A stretch of DNA of 32,000 bases from Methylocystis sp. (GTDB taxonomy: Bacteria > Pseudomonadota > Alphaproteobacteria > Rhizobiales > Beijerinckiaceae), in assembly GCF_051061225.1 (NCBI RefSeq), contig NZ_JBPFEB010000129.1, positions 87,294 through 119,293 on the forward strand, given 5' to 3'. The position numbers and the translations under genes were made by a program. Below are positions 1-8,909 of this stretch, piece after piece (the stretch's first letter is position 1; every line of letters starts with the position of its first letter). The notes under the pieces are model-generated. The model was not told the DNA's origin and did not search any database. It saw nothing but the letters and a program-made list of their open reading frames with translations.

Positions 1-588
1 GGCTCGATGCAGCTCTATCCCGAGCCCTTCGCCCTGCCGGCTCTGATCGACGAATGCTGCGACATGGTGCAACTGAAGGCCGATCAGGGCGGCGTCAGGC
101 TGCTGCGCGAATACCGTCGCGACATCGCGGAGCTTGTCGCCGACAGGCGCGCCTGCAAGCAGATCCTGCTCAACCTTCTGTCGAACGCCGTCAAATTCAC
201 GCCGGCGGGCGGCAGGGTGTGGGTGCGCGTCGCGCCCGAGGGCAATCTTCTGGCCGTCACCGTCGCCGACACCGGCATCGGCATCGCGCCGACTGATCTG
301 GCGCGGCTCGGCGATCCCTTCTTCCAGGCGAGCGCCACCCATGATCGCGCCTATGAGGGCACGGGGCTGGGTCTTTCCGTCGTGCGCGGGCTGGTGGGTC
401 TGCATGGCGGCGCCATCTCCGTGGAAAGCGCGATCCGCAAGGGCGTCGCCGTCACCATTCGCCTGCCGCTCGACTGCCGGGGCTTCGCCCCCGGCGCGCC
501 GGCGAAAATTGAAGCCATCCCCCGCCATGACGCGGTCATCGGCGCGGACATCCGCAACGACGAAGACGTGGTGAAGAAAATTGCGTGA
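1..588 (+). CDS. Sensor histidine kinase, C-terminal fragment (HATPase_c catalytic domain); the 5' part lies upstream of the window
   Basis: Reading frame is open from base 1. Translation shows N-box LLNLLSNAVKFTP, G1 box VADTGIGI, F-box DPFFQA and G2 box GTGLGLSVVRGLV. No H-box is seen, so the dimerisation domain is upstream. Confidence 0.85.
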   Translation, partial: GSMQLYPEPFALPALIDECCDMVQLKADQGGVRLLREYRRDIAELVADRRACKQILLNLLSNAVKFTPAGGRVWVRVAPEGNLLAVTVADTGIGIAPTDLARLGDPFFQASATHDRAYEGTGLGLSVVRGLVGLHGGAISVESAIRKGVAVTIRLPLDCRGFAPGAPAKIEAIPRHDAVIGADIRNDEDVVKKIA

Positions 589-1387
589 CGTTTCGCTCAG
601 CGCCCAGAAGTTCGACGACTTCCCCGAAGAACGCGCCGCGCCGAAGCGCCGCGCCCCCGGCCCCTCGCCCGCGCGCGCGCCGAAATACGGCGCGCCGCGC
701 AACGCGCCCGTCAAGAAGCGCCGGCTCGGCGCCATGGCGCTGTTCAGCATTGCGGGCCTCGCCCTTGTCGGCGTGCCGTTGAACGCCCTTTACTTCCAGG
801 ATGGCCGCCACCCCGCGCCACTGTTTTCATCGCATGTCCTTGTGCCGGAAAAGCCCGACCCGGCGACGACGCCGATCCCGCCCGCGCGCCCAAGGATCGA
901 AGCCGCGCGGAGCGATGTGGACGGCGCGAAAGCCGAAGCGTCCGCCCACGTCGCCCCCAGGGCGAAGGACACGGTGAAGGCGGACCCGCTGGCGGATATT
1001 CTGAAATCGGAACAGGCGCCGCCCGTCCGGACCGAAAAGGTCGAGCGTGTGGAAAAGCCGCCCGTGAAGGTCGAAAAGAAGCGCGAGGTCGCAAGCCGCG
1101 ACCAGATCGGCTCCCTGCTCGGCGCGGGCGCCGCGAAACCGGCGGCCCCGCCCGCTCCGGCGACCACAGCCACGGCTCCGGCGGCCGGCCCGGATCGCAA
1201 CGTGCTCCTGGCCCAGCGGGCGCTCCAGCGACTGGGCTATGTCGTGAAGCCCGACGGCATGGCGAGCCCGGCCATGAAGAAGACCATCGAGCGTTTCGAG
1301 AAGGACAATGGATTGCCGGTCACCGGCGAGCTGAGCCCCAAAGTGGCAAAAGCGCTTTCGGCCCGGGCCGCGGCGCAGCCTCAGTAG
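581..1387 (+). CDS. Membrane-anchored peptidoglycan-binding domain protein
   Basis: Arg/Pro-rich N-terminus, one hydrophobic span (ALFSIAGLALVGVPLNALYF), a Pro/Ala/Lys-rich linker and a C-terminal PG_binding_1-like segment (LLAQRALQRLGYVVKPDGMASPAMKKTIERFEKDNGLPVTGEL). Start is uncertain: TTG at 581 overlaps the kinase stop, and the first ATG is at 734. Confidence 0.6.
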   Translation: MRDVSLSAQKFDDFPEERAAPKRRAPGPSPARAPKYGAPRNAPVKKRRLGAMALFSIAGLALVGVPLNALYFQDGRHPAPLFSSHVLVPEKPDPATTPIPPARPRIEAARSDVDGAKAEASAHVAPRAKDTVKADPLADILKSEQAPPVRTEKVERVEKPPVKVEKKREVASRDQIGSLLGAGAAKPAAPPAPATTATAPAAGPDRNVLLAQRALQRLGYVVKPDGMASPAMKKTIERFEKDNGLPVTGELSPKVAKALSARAAAQPQ

Positions 1388-1426
1388 CGTTTGGACCCTG
1401 GACGAAATCCGCTCTAAATTAGCCGG

Positions 1427-1768
1427 ATGCGTCTGAGATCCGATATTTTTGCAAGCGCCCTCATTCGCCGGGCTGAAGCGCAGGGGGCGGTCGCCATGCT
1501 GCGCCGGCGCGGCGCCGCGGAGGCTGGCGCCGTGTTCATCAAGCTCGACCGTCTGGACGGCCGCGCCGCCGTCTACGGCCCGGCGCCCCAGAGCGAACAG
1601 CCGCCCGAAGGGGTCGACCGTCTGTTTTCGAAGGTTCACGCCGACGACTGGGTCGATCCCGCCGAGGCGGAAACCCGTCTCAAACGTGAAATCATGTTCG
1701 ATCCGGACATGTGGCTGATCGAGATCGAGGACCGCGAGGGCCGCGTCTTCGTAGATCTCGCCGCCTGA
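1427..1768 (+). CDS. DUF1491-like conserved alphaproteobacterial protein
   Basis: 113-aa ORF with an ATG start. The N-terminus (MRLRSDIFASALIRRAEAQGAVAMLRRRGAAEAGAVFIKLDRLDG) matches my recollection of the DUF1491 family pattern. Not verified by search. Confidence 0.5.
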   Translation: MRLRSDIFASALIRRAEAQGAVAMLRRRGAAEAGAVFIKLDRLDGRAAVYGPAPQSEQPPEGVDRLFSKVHADDWVDPAEAETRLKREIMFDPDMWLIEIEDREGRVFVDLAA

Positions 1769-1795
1769 CCGCCGGCCGCCCGCGTCGCGGGCCTC

Positions 1796-4045
1796 TTACT
1801 CGATGGGCTCGGAGAGTTCGGCGTCTTCGCCGTCTTCCTCCGGGACGGCGCCGCGGCGCGCCGTCTGGGCGGGGCGCGGCGACCAGGGACGGTCCTCGTC
1901 GACCCCGCGCGCCGTCGTCCATTCCACCGCTCCCTCGGGTCGCAGGCGCAGCGAGATGGCGCCGGTCTCCGCCAGTTTCAGGCGGTCGATGACAATCGGC
2001 GCCGCACATCCGCCGGGGGCGCGCAGCGGGGTCACGATGATGGCCGCGCGCGCGCAGTCCTCCAGAAAGGCGCCGCGCGAAAGCACGAGCGACACCGCGC
2101 GTCCGTCGGCCAGCCGGCCCACGCATCCGTCCGCGTCGCAGGCGGCCCCGGTCCGGGCGTCCGCCGCGGCGCGCGCGTCGGCGTCCGCGCGCAGCCATTG
2201 CTCGGCGGCGAAGGCCCCGGGCTTCTTGCCGAGCAGCGTCAATTGCCCCGTTGGCAGGCGAATGGCGGCGGCGTCGCCCGTCGCGGGGATCGCCAGATCG
2301 AAGCCGGGGCCGCTTCCAGCGCCGATCAGACCGACCAGCGCCAGCGGGATCGCCGTCGCGCGCAGCGTCCAGGTGCGCCACAGAACGGCCGAGAGAACCG
2401 CCAGCGCCAGGAACAGAATCGCCCAGGGCGGGAACGCCTTCACATGCAGGCTCGCGCCGGGCGCGCTGGCGATCAGCCCGGCGAGCCAGATGACGAGATC
2501 AATACCCATCTCGAGCCAGCGCCAGACGAAGCCGTCGAGGCCGAAGGGATACAGCGCCGCGCCCAGCAGCGCGCAGGGGACGGCGAAGAATTCGATCACC
2601 GCCAGAGTGAGCGGATTGCCGATCAGCACATAGGGGCTCAGCTCATGGAAATCATAGGCCATGAAGGAGGCCGTGGCCGATGTCGCGCAAAGGGTGGCGA
2701 CCAGCGGCGCGCCGGGCCCGTGCAGCAGGCGGTCCAGCAGCGCCTCGCGCCATTCCTGAAACCGGCTCCGCACGGACGGCGGCCCGCGCGGCGCTTGCGC
2801 GACATGGGCGCCGCGCCATTCATAAACGGCGATGAGCGCGCCGACCGCGGCGAAGGAGAGTTGGAAGCTCGCGCCCAGAATCGCCTCCGGCTCGACCGCC
2901 ACGACGAAGAAAACCGCCAGGGCGAGATTGCGCATCGACAGCGACGGGCGATCGAACAGAACGGCGGCGAGCATGATCAGCGTCATCACCAGCGCGCGTT
3001 CCGTGCCGACCCGCGAGCCCGTGCCGATGTCGTAGAGAACGGCGCCCGCCATGGCGAGCGCCGCCGCCCATTTGCGGATCGGATAATTGAGCGCGAGGGT
3101 CTGCGAGGTTGCGAGGAGACGGCGCAGGCCGACGAAGAAAATCCCCGCGACGAGCGTCATCTGCATCCCGGAGATGGTGACGATGTGGAAGATGCCCGCC
3201 CGCCGGATGAGGTCTTTCGCGCTCTCGGAGAGAAAGTCGCGCTTGCCGGCCACCATGGCGGCGGCGATGGCGCCGGCGTCGTCGCCGATGATCTTGTAGA
3301 CGCGCAGCGCCAGCGCATTGCGCAGGCGATCGACGCCGGCGAAGAAACGCAGCGACGCCGGCGCGGGATCGGGCAGCGGCATGGTCTCGATGCGGCCGAG
3401 CGCGCTGCCGACGCCGCCCAGCCGCGCGAAATAGGCGTCGCGGGCGAAATCATATCCGCCCGGCAGGGCGGCCCGCGCCGGCGGCATCAGCCGCGCCTTG
3501 AGCGCGATGAAATCGCCCGCCGCGAAACTGGGCTCGCCACGCGTGGTGAGGCGGACGCGCGCCGGAACGACGTCGCCCGGCAGACCCTCCGCGCTTGCGA
3601 CGCGCAGCACGAAGCGCGCCCCGGCGCGGCGCAGGTCGATCTCCTCGACGAAGCCCGTCAATTCGCCGACGCCGACCCGCGTCACCACCGGCGCCGCCAC
3701 CCGCGACGTTCGCCACGCCCCCGCCGCGAAGCCGGCGGCGACGAAGGCGGCGGCGACGAGGAGAGCATGGGCGCGGGCGTGGCCGCGGACGAGAACGGCC
3801 AGCGCGACGACAACCGCCAGGGCGCCGACGCAAAGGGCCAGAGGCGGTTCATGATTGGCGGCGAAATAGAGAAGAACGCCGGCTCCAGCCGCGACGGCGC
3901 GCCACAGAAACGGCCGCCGTAGCTCCGTCTCTTCGGCATAGGCCGCTCCCAGCGCGGCCCTCAGCCGCTGAAGGCGCGGCGCGAGCGACAGAGCGCGGGG
4001 GCCGTCGATCAGCTCCTCATGTTCCGCCGCGCGCGCGTCGCTCAT
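1796..4045 (-). CDS. comEC: ComEC/Rec2-family integral membrane protein
   Basis: 749 aa with many hydrophobic helices. The conserved ComEC core motif is present as GIFHIVTISGMQMTLVAG (compare HLLAISGLH). ATG at 4045. Position near lexA is common in alphaproteobacteria. Confidence 0.75.
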   Translation of the reverse strand: MSDARAAEHEELIDGPRALSLAPRLQRLRAALGAAYAEETELRRPFLWRAVAAGAGVLLYFAANHEPPLALCVGALAVVVALAVLVRGHARAHALLVAAAFVAAGFAAGAWRTSRVAAPVVTRVGVGELTGFVEEIDLRRAGARFVLRVASAEGLPGDVVPARVRLTTRGEPSFAAGDFIALKARLMPPARAALPGGYDFARDAYFARLGGVGSALGRIETMPLPDPAPASLRFFAGVDRLRNALALRVYKIIGDDAGAIAAAMVAGKRDFLSESAKDLIRRAGIFHIVTISGMQMTLVAGIFFVGLRRLLATSQTLALNYPIRKWAAALAMAGAVLYDIGTGSRVGTERALVMTLIMLAAVLFDRPSLSMRNLALAVFFVVAVEPEAILGASFQLSFAAVGALIAVYEWRGAHVAQAPRGPPSVRSRFQEWREALLDRLLHGPGAPLVATLCATSATASFMAYDFHELSPYVLIGNPLTLAVIEFFAVPCALLGAALYPFGLDGFVWRWLEMGIDLVIWLAGLIASAPGASLHVKAFPPWAILFLALAVLSAVLWRTWTLRATAIPLALVGLIGAGSGPGFDLAIPATGDAAAIRLPTGQLTLLGKKPGAFAAEQWLRADADARAAADARTGAACDADGCVGRLADGRAVSLVLSRGAFLEDCARAAIIVTPLRAPGGCAAPIVIDRLKLAETGAISLRLRPEGAVEWTTARGVDEDRPWSPRPAQTARRGAVPEEDGEDAELSEPIE

Positions 4046-4126
4046 CCAGGGCCCCGGCCTTCCGCAGTCCGGGCGAGATTAATCCGGACGCGCGGCTGGC
4101 GCCAAAGCTACGTTGCAGCTTTTGGA

Positions 4127-4375
4127 TCAGGCTCGGGCGCGGCCCTTGCGCTTTCCGCCGCCGCGCGGCCGCCCGCCGGGCGCGCGGGAGTCGCAGGTCT
4201 GGAGCGGATCGTCCATGCGGATGTAGCGCACGCCCAGAAAAAACAGGATCTGCGCGCCCCCTGTCGGTGGCTCGCGCATCTCGCGCGAGGACGTCCCGCG
4301 CATCCGGAAGGCAATGACCTCCCCCATGTCGATCCTCTTGGCGTCAGCGTGGCTGATCCAAATTGGATCAGCCAT
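4127..4375 (-). CDS. Hypothetical small protein with a Gly/Arg/Lys-rich basic tail
   Basis: 82-aa ORF with an ATG start and mostly G/C third positions consistent with host coding bias. No recognisable family. Its start codon abuts a perfect 23-bp palindrome. Confidence 0.3.
   Translation of the reverse strand: MADPIWISHADAKRIDMGEVIAFRMRGTSSREMREPPTGGAQILFFLGVRYIRMDDPLQTCDSRAPGGRPRGGGKRKGRARA
4351..4373. promoter_or_regulatory. Perfect 23-bp palindrome (11-1-11), candidate operator
   Basis: GGCTGATCCAA-A-TTGGATCAGCC, checked base by base. It lies in the divergent region between the small ORF/comEC side and the 4475 gene. Confidence 0.45.
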
Positions 4376-4474
4376 CCAGGCGATTAGGCGGCGTCGACGG
4401 TTAATGTTCCGTCAATGACCGCTTGCTAGTGTCAGAGCCCGAGTTGCGTATGCGTTTGAGCGAGCATCCTGCCC

Positions 4475-5491
4475 ATGCAAGCAGATAAGTCCGATCGGCG
4501 GACAGAACAGGGCGCTGTATTGCGCAAGGTCGTCGATCAGTTCCTCGAGCGGCAACTGCACCCGATTGCCGATTACAAGCAGTTTGAACAACTTACCATC
4601 GGCATGATCGATCTTCTGGACGACGCGTCCCTCGCCCGAATCCTCCGCCCGATCTGTCTCCATCCGGAGACGTCCCAGGCGATTTTCGACCGTCTTCTGG
4701 CCAAGGGCGGAGCTTGCGCGGCGCTGGCCATGGAGTTCTCACCGCGCCTCCCGCGCGCCGGACTGATGGCGGCGGCGCGGGGGGGCGACCCTTCCGCGGC
4801 CTGCGCCGTCGCACGGCGCAAGGACCTCGACGGGGAGATTGTCGCCCAACTGCTGCGACGCGGCGAGAGCGAGGTCATGAAGGCGCTGGCCGAAAACCCG
4901 AACGCACAGCGGGATGACGCCTCGCGTCGCGCCATCATCGAAGCAGCGAGGGACGACCTCGCCTTTGCGCGGATGCTGCTCGACCGAGACGATTTCGGCG
5001 CTGCTGACGAAGCTCTGTTTCTCGCCGGCCGGCGCCAGGAGCGCGGGAACATGATCCTCAACGCCTGCCGCCGCGCCCTCGCGGCCGGCGGCGGCCAATC
5101 TGTTCCAGCCGACCCTGAACTCGCCGCACAGCTCGAGGCCGCCGCCATCCGCCGCGACCGGGACGCCATGGCGGCGACTCTCGCGCGGGCGTTCAATTGC
5201 CGGAAGTCTCGCGCCCGGGCGATCGTCGATGACCAATCCGGCGAGGCGATGGCGATGGCGCTCTCGGCGCTGGGCGTTCATCCCGACGCCGCGACCCGGA
5301 TCTTTCTCTGCGCGGACGCGTCCATCTCACATGACACGGCGACCGTGCGCGGTCTTGTCGATCTCACGCGGATCACGCCGCAGGGCGCGGCGACCGAGAT
5401 CATCAGCGCCGTCACCGGGGGCAGGATAGGTGTGCGGGAAAGCCCGCAGCGCCCCGCGCCCCCGCCCCGGCCGGCAACAAAGACAGGCTGA
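4475..5491 (+). CDS. Conserved hypothetical protein, DUF2336-like (alpha-helical repeat)
   Basis: 338-aa ORF with an ATG start and helical, Ala/Arg/Asp-rich repeat character (for example GEIVAQLLRRGESEVMKALAENPNAQ). Family assignment is from memory only. Confidence 0.4.
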   Translation: MQADKSDRRTEQGAVLRKVVDQFLERQLHPIADYKQFEQLTIGMIDLLDDASLARILRPICLHPETSQAIFDRLLAKGGACAALAMEFSPRLPRAGLMAAARGGDPSAACAVARRKDLDGEIVAQLLRRGESEVMKALAENPNAQRDDASRRAIIEAARDDLAFARMLLDRDDFGAADEALFLAGRRQERGNMILNACRRALAAGGGQSVPADPELAAQLEAAAIRRDRDAMAATLARAFNCRKSRARAIVDDQSGEAMAMALSALGVHPDAATRIFLCADASISHDTATVRGLVDLTRITPQGAATEIISAVTGGRIGVRESPQRPAPPPRPATKTG

Positions 5492-5532
5492 TCCGCCGTC
5501 GCCTGGCAGGCCGGCGCCGGCCCGGCTCCCCC

Positions 5533-6243
5533 TCAATATTTCCGCAACAGGCTGACGAGCTTACCCTGAATCCTGACCTTGTCGGGACCGAAGATGCGGG
5601 TTTCATAGGCGGGGTTGGCCGCTTCCAGCGCGATCGAGGCGCCCCGCTTGCGCAGCCGCTTGAGCGTCGCTTCCTCGTCCTCGATCAGCGCGACGACAAT
5701 CTCGCCGGAATCGGCGTGGTCCTGCTTCCTGATGATAACCGTGTCGCCATCGAGAATGCCGGCTTCGATCATCGAATCCCCCCGGACCTCCAGCGCGAAA
5801 TGCTCCCCGCTCGACAGCATGTCCGGCGGCAGATTGATGGTGTGGCTGCGTGTCTGAATGGCGGAAATCGGCGTGCCGGCCGCAATGCGGCCCATGACCG
5901 GAACCGCCACCTGCTGATTGCTCTCCTCCTCGCGCTCGCTGAGGGGACGAACGCGGCCGAGATTGCCCTGGATCACCGAAGGCGCGAATTTGCCGCCCCG
6001 CGCCCCGCCACCGCCGCGCGGCGTCGCGGATTCCGGCAGACGCAACACTTCCAGGGCGCGAGCGCGATTGGGCAAGCGGCGGATGAACCCCCTCTCCTCG
6101 AGCGCGAGGATGAGACGATGAATGCCCGATTTGGAGCGCAGATCGAGCGCGTCCTTCATCTCGTCGAACGACGGGGGAACGCCCGATTCCTTGAGTCTTT
6201 CATGTATGAAGCGCAGCAGATCGCTCTGCTTTTTCGTCAACAT
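5533..6243 (-). CDS. lexA: LexA repressor (SOS regulator, S24 peptidase)
   Basis: [56 protein letters not shown] is a winged-HTH. The C-terminal S24 domain carries [15 protein letters not shown] (Ser) and LKRL (Lys). Start is trimmed to ATG 6243, 16 codons inside the track ORF. An SOS box lies upstream. Confidence 0.92.
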   Translation of the reverse strand: MLTKKQSDLLRFIHERLKESGVPPSFDEMKDALDLRSKSGIHRLILALEERGFIRRLPNRARALEVLRLPESATPRGGGGARGGKFAPSVIQGNLGRVRPLSEREEESNQQVAVPVMGRIAAGTPISAIQTRSHTINLPPDMLSSGEHFALEVRGDSMIEAGILDGDTVIIRKQDHADSGEIVVALIEDEEATLKRLRKRGASIALEAANPAYETRIFGPDKVRIQGKLVSLLRKY

Positions 6244-6311
6244 CGTCCGCCCCATCCGCACGACCGCGCGCCAGGCTGGCGCCGCAAACAAATCAAGAAC
6301 AACCTTTAACC

Positions 6312-6326
6312 GTTCGCGGTGCGTTC
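6312..6326. promoter_or_regulatory. Alphaproteobacterial SOS box (GTTC-N7-GTTC)
   Basis: GTTCgcggtgcGTTC lies 69-83 nt upstream of the lexA start codon and reads GAAC-N7-GAAC in the lexA direction. It matches the direct-repeat LexA site known for Rhodobacter and Rhizobium. Confidence 0.7.
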
Positions 6327-6636
6327 TGCAAGCGGGCTTTTCTCAAGACGCGCGCGGTGGAGCGGCCTTCTTTGGCAAGCTCAGGTGTATTTTTCATGGA
6401 TTATGCACCGTATTGAACGCACATTCCGCCTTGAGGTCGTGCCATCGCCCGACCTTTACCTGACCGTCCGCGCTGGTTTCGTTGCCAGAGGGAACCTTAA
6501 GCGCGTGGTGTATCGCCAATGGCGTGAATCGCCAAACGGCCGAACGCGCTCTTAAGGGAGCGCGAAACGGCAAGGTTTCGCGAGATATCAGGGAGCGGGT
6601 TGTCGCGGCCGCGTTTTCGGAAGAGCCCCGCGCGAC

Positions 6637-6963
6637 ATGACGGAGACGGTGCTATGGATGGTGGCCGCCGCCGCAGGCGTAAGCCGCCGTGCGCTTGAAA
6701 TAGCGGCGTCGAAGATCGCGGCAGGGAAGGCAAATTCTTGGCGCGGGGCGCCGCTCGTCATCGAGACTCTCAAGGGGCGCGGCGGGAAGTCAGGCGTTCA
6801 ATATCAGGTCCGCGTCGATTCACTTCCAGCCGACCTTCAAAGCCACTTCAATGCGCCGTCGAAACCCCTCCCGGCGCCCATCAAACTGCCCGTAAAGGCC
6901 GCAAAAGTCGCAGCGATCCAAGCCACGTTTGGCGAAGGCGACGGTTCTCCTGCAAAAACTTAG
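6637..6963 (+). pseudogene. Fragment resembling the N-terminal DNA-binding (HTH) domain of Mu-type transposase A
   Basis: 108 aa. The pattern WMVAAAAGVSRRALEIAASK...LKGRGGKSGVQYQVRVDSLPADLQ resembles the GRGG..-EY-..SLP signature of MuA-like N-termini. It is far too short for a transposase (MuA is several-fold longer), and no DDE core follows. Confidence 0.4.
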
Positions 6964-7373
6964 TTACTTATCTAAAAGGAGACTATGTCTTCGTTGGGGT
7001 TCCAAAATATGAGCATTCGGTTCGACTTCCGATTGAAGACGCGGATGGAAATTCTCTTGGCTTCGCGGAAGAGGATGAGGGCTTCGAATATTTTAACGCG
7101 GCGGGTGCGAAAGAGAGCAGCCATCGGAAAGCGCTTCAGCGGCGTGCCATCCGGGACCTCGACAAGTCTGCGCCGGATATCGACGTAACAGCTGAAATTC
7201 TAAGCTTTCCGGCAAGAGCGCCCAAAGCGCTCCTTGCGCCGACTGCCGCGCGCGTCACCGCCTCTGACAAGGAAAGAGCCATTGCGCGCGGCTTAACAGA
7301 GACTCCCGAGGCGGCGCGCAAGCGCGAAGCGAATATGCGTCGACACAACGAACAAAATCAAACCAAGCGATAA
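6738..7373 (+). CDS. Hypothetical phage-remnant ORF (coding status doubtful)
   Basis: The frame stays open for 211 aa and overlaps the previous ORF out of frame. Only the part after about 6964 looks protein-like (acidic then basic, ...KERAIARGLTETPEAARKREANMRRHNEQ). No family recognised. Confidence 0.2.
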   Translation: MARGAARHRDSQGARREVRRSISGPRRFTSSRPSKPLQCAVETPPGAHQTARKGRKSRSDPSHVWRRRRFSCKNLVTYLKGDYVFVGVPKYEHSVRLPIEDADGNSLGFAEEDEGFEYFNAAGAKESSHRKALQRRAIRDLDKSAPDIDVTAEILSFPARAPKALLAPTAARVTASDKERAIARGLTETPEAARKREANMRRHNEQNQTKR

Positions 7374-7416
7374 AGGAATTCATCGAAAAATTCGACGAAA
7401 GAGAGGCTCAGGAAAA

Positions 7417-7722
7417 ATGATGCACGTCAGCCGAACGTCGATCTTTGAGGCAGTCGAAAACACGGTCCATATAGTCGATCGCATGAAGTCGATTGCGGGG
7501 GCGATCATAGGCCCTGCTGCGATCGGCAAGACAACTGCGGTTGAGCATCTAGCAAACACGAAGAAAGGTATCAACTATATCAGAGTATCGGGAGCACAGG
7601 GAAGTTTCAAAGCCGGTTGTGCGCTACTTGCGTCGCATTTGGGCGTTCACTCGAATTTCGACAGCGCTGAGAAAATATGGACGAACTTGGAGGATCACTT
7701 CGAGTACTGGGCCCACGGGTAG
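7417..7722 (+). pseudogene. MuB-like / AAA+ transposition ATPase, truncated copy 1
   Basis: Walker A GPAAIGKTTAV. The N-terminus MHVSRTSIFEAVENTVHIVDRMKSIAG is typical of Mu-like phage B proteins. The ORF stops after 101 aa with no Walker B region. Confidence 0.5.
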
Positions 7723-7756
7723 CTCCCGCGCTTTCGGGCGCACCGCGGGCCTGTCT

Positions 7757-7796
7757 GAAAAAAGCGCGGCGGCTCCCTGTCGAGGGGAAGCCGCCG
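7757..7796 (-). terminator. Rho-independent terminator-like hairpin (minus strand)
   Basis: CGGCGGCT-CCC / GGG-(A bulge)-AGCCGCCG gives an 11-bp stem with a 7-nt loop (7767-7796). On the minus strand it is followed by CGC-TTTTTT (7757-7766). It begins 10 nt after the stop of the 7806-7928 ORF. Confidence 0.5.
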
Positions 7797-7805
7797 GGGG
7801 GCGCA

Positions 7806-7928
7806 TCATATGCCGAAAGAAAATGTGCGGAAGGGGGGCTTCGTCATCTTTTCGTCGTGCGCTTTTGTCGCCGCGTGGTTGAATTCTTTACCTTCTTCCC
7901 CAATGTTGACAGAGGGTCGCTTCGTCAT
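7806..7928 (-). CDS. Hypothetical 40-aa protein (MTKRPSVNIGEEGKEFNHAATKAHDEKMTKPPFRTFSFGI)
   Basis: ATG at 7928 is preceded by AAAGGACAGAAACCC, and the ORF is followed directly by the terminator-like hairpin. No homology recognised. A longer 77-aa version starts at 8039. Confidence 0.2.
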   Translation of the reverse strand: MTKRPSVNIGEEGKEFNHAATKAHDEKMTKPPFRTFSFGI

Positions 7929-8103
7929 GGGTTTCTGTCCTTTGGTGGTCGCGATCTGAATTTCCAAGCGGCCTATCCAGCGCGCTTGATGGTGCTTTAA
8001 CGGAGCTGTTTTTGCCCACCCGCGCCCCACTGAGGACATCCGGGGAGCAAACCGCCGGTTTCACCCCCGTTTTCGGGTCGCGGTGCCACCGCCTCACCCA
8101 CTT

Positions 8104-8140
8104 CCCTGACAACTGTCAGGGGCGGCAAAAGCCGCCTTTT
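8104..8140 (+). terminator. Tandem hairpins plus T-run, terminator-like (plus strand)
   Basis: CCCTGACA-AC-TGTCAGGG (8104-8121) is followed immediately by GGCGGC-AAAA-GCCGCC-TTTT (8121-8140). Confidence 0.4.
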
Positions 8141-8184
8141 CCCGCAATCTCCCACACCTCGTTTCCCGCCAGCGTGTTTGGGCA

Positions 8185-8873
8185 ATGCAGTTACCCGCGA
8201 TTATCGTGAACCGTAAATTCGAGTCGACGATAAGCGTCTCTCGCGAAAAGATCGAAGACGATCAGTATGGCATCTTCGCCCCGGTTTTTCAGCAAATGGG
8301 GCGTATGACTGCCACTCACCCCGACACGCTGATTTTTCCGCTTCTGAAATCCGGCCTTACGGAAAGCTGCTACGATGGGCAGTTTTTCTTCGACACGAAC
8401 CATCCCTCCAAAGACGAAAAGGACCGCGATGTTGTCGTCTCCAATTGCCAGCCCGGCACGGGAGACCCTTGGTTTTTGATCGATGCGTCGCAGCCCTTCA
8501 AGCCGCTCGTCTGGCAAGAGCGCCTCCCCTACGAATCCAGTTCATCGACAGCCCAAACGACCCCAACGTCGTCCTGAAAGATGAATACATCTGCGGGGTG
8601 CGCGGGCGCGCCAATGCCGGATTTGGGCTGTGGCAACTCGCCTACGGCTCAAAGGAGGCGCTCGCCATGGACAACCATGCATTGGCGCGAAAAACCATGC
8701 AGCAGCTCAGGGGCGACCGTGGGCAGTTGCTGGGGATTTCGCCCTCAACTTTGGTTTGCCGCCCAGCCAATGAAACGGCGGCCCGTTCCGTCCTGAAGGC
8801 GCAGACGATTCTGGAAAGCGGAGCGAGCGCGCCCTCCCCGAACGTCTGGTTTGGTACGGCGATTTGCTCGTAA
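8185..8873 (+). pseudogene. Mu-like major head subunit (gpT family), N-terminally truncated and frameshifted
   Basis: Frame A gives NRKFESTISVSREKIEDDQYGIFAPVFQQMGRMTATHPDTLIFPLL...CYDGQFFFDTNHP. Frame B continues IQFIDSPNDPNVVLKDEYICGVRGRANAGFGLWQLAYGS...SNVWFGTA. Both match the gpT pattern. The frame switch is near 8530-8540. Confidence 0.6.
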
Positions 8874-8909
8874 CGCCCTACCTCTGAGCGCCTACATAGA
8901 GAGAGTCCC

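Noticed and set aside
2198-3922. 574-aa plus-strand ORF (and other long ORFs 1803-2633, 3595-4317) overlapping comEC
   Set aside because: It is antisense or out of frame to a well-supported ComEC gene. The translation is Arg/Gly/Asp/Gln-rich with no motifs, which is a typical high-GC shadow ORF.
4401-4415. CtrA-like box TTAA-N7-TCAA upstream of the DUF2336-like gene
   Set aside because: The second half-site is imperfect (TCAA, not TTAA), and a single degenerate match is expected by chance. It is not enough to call.
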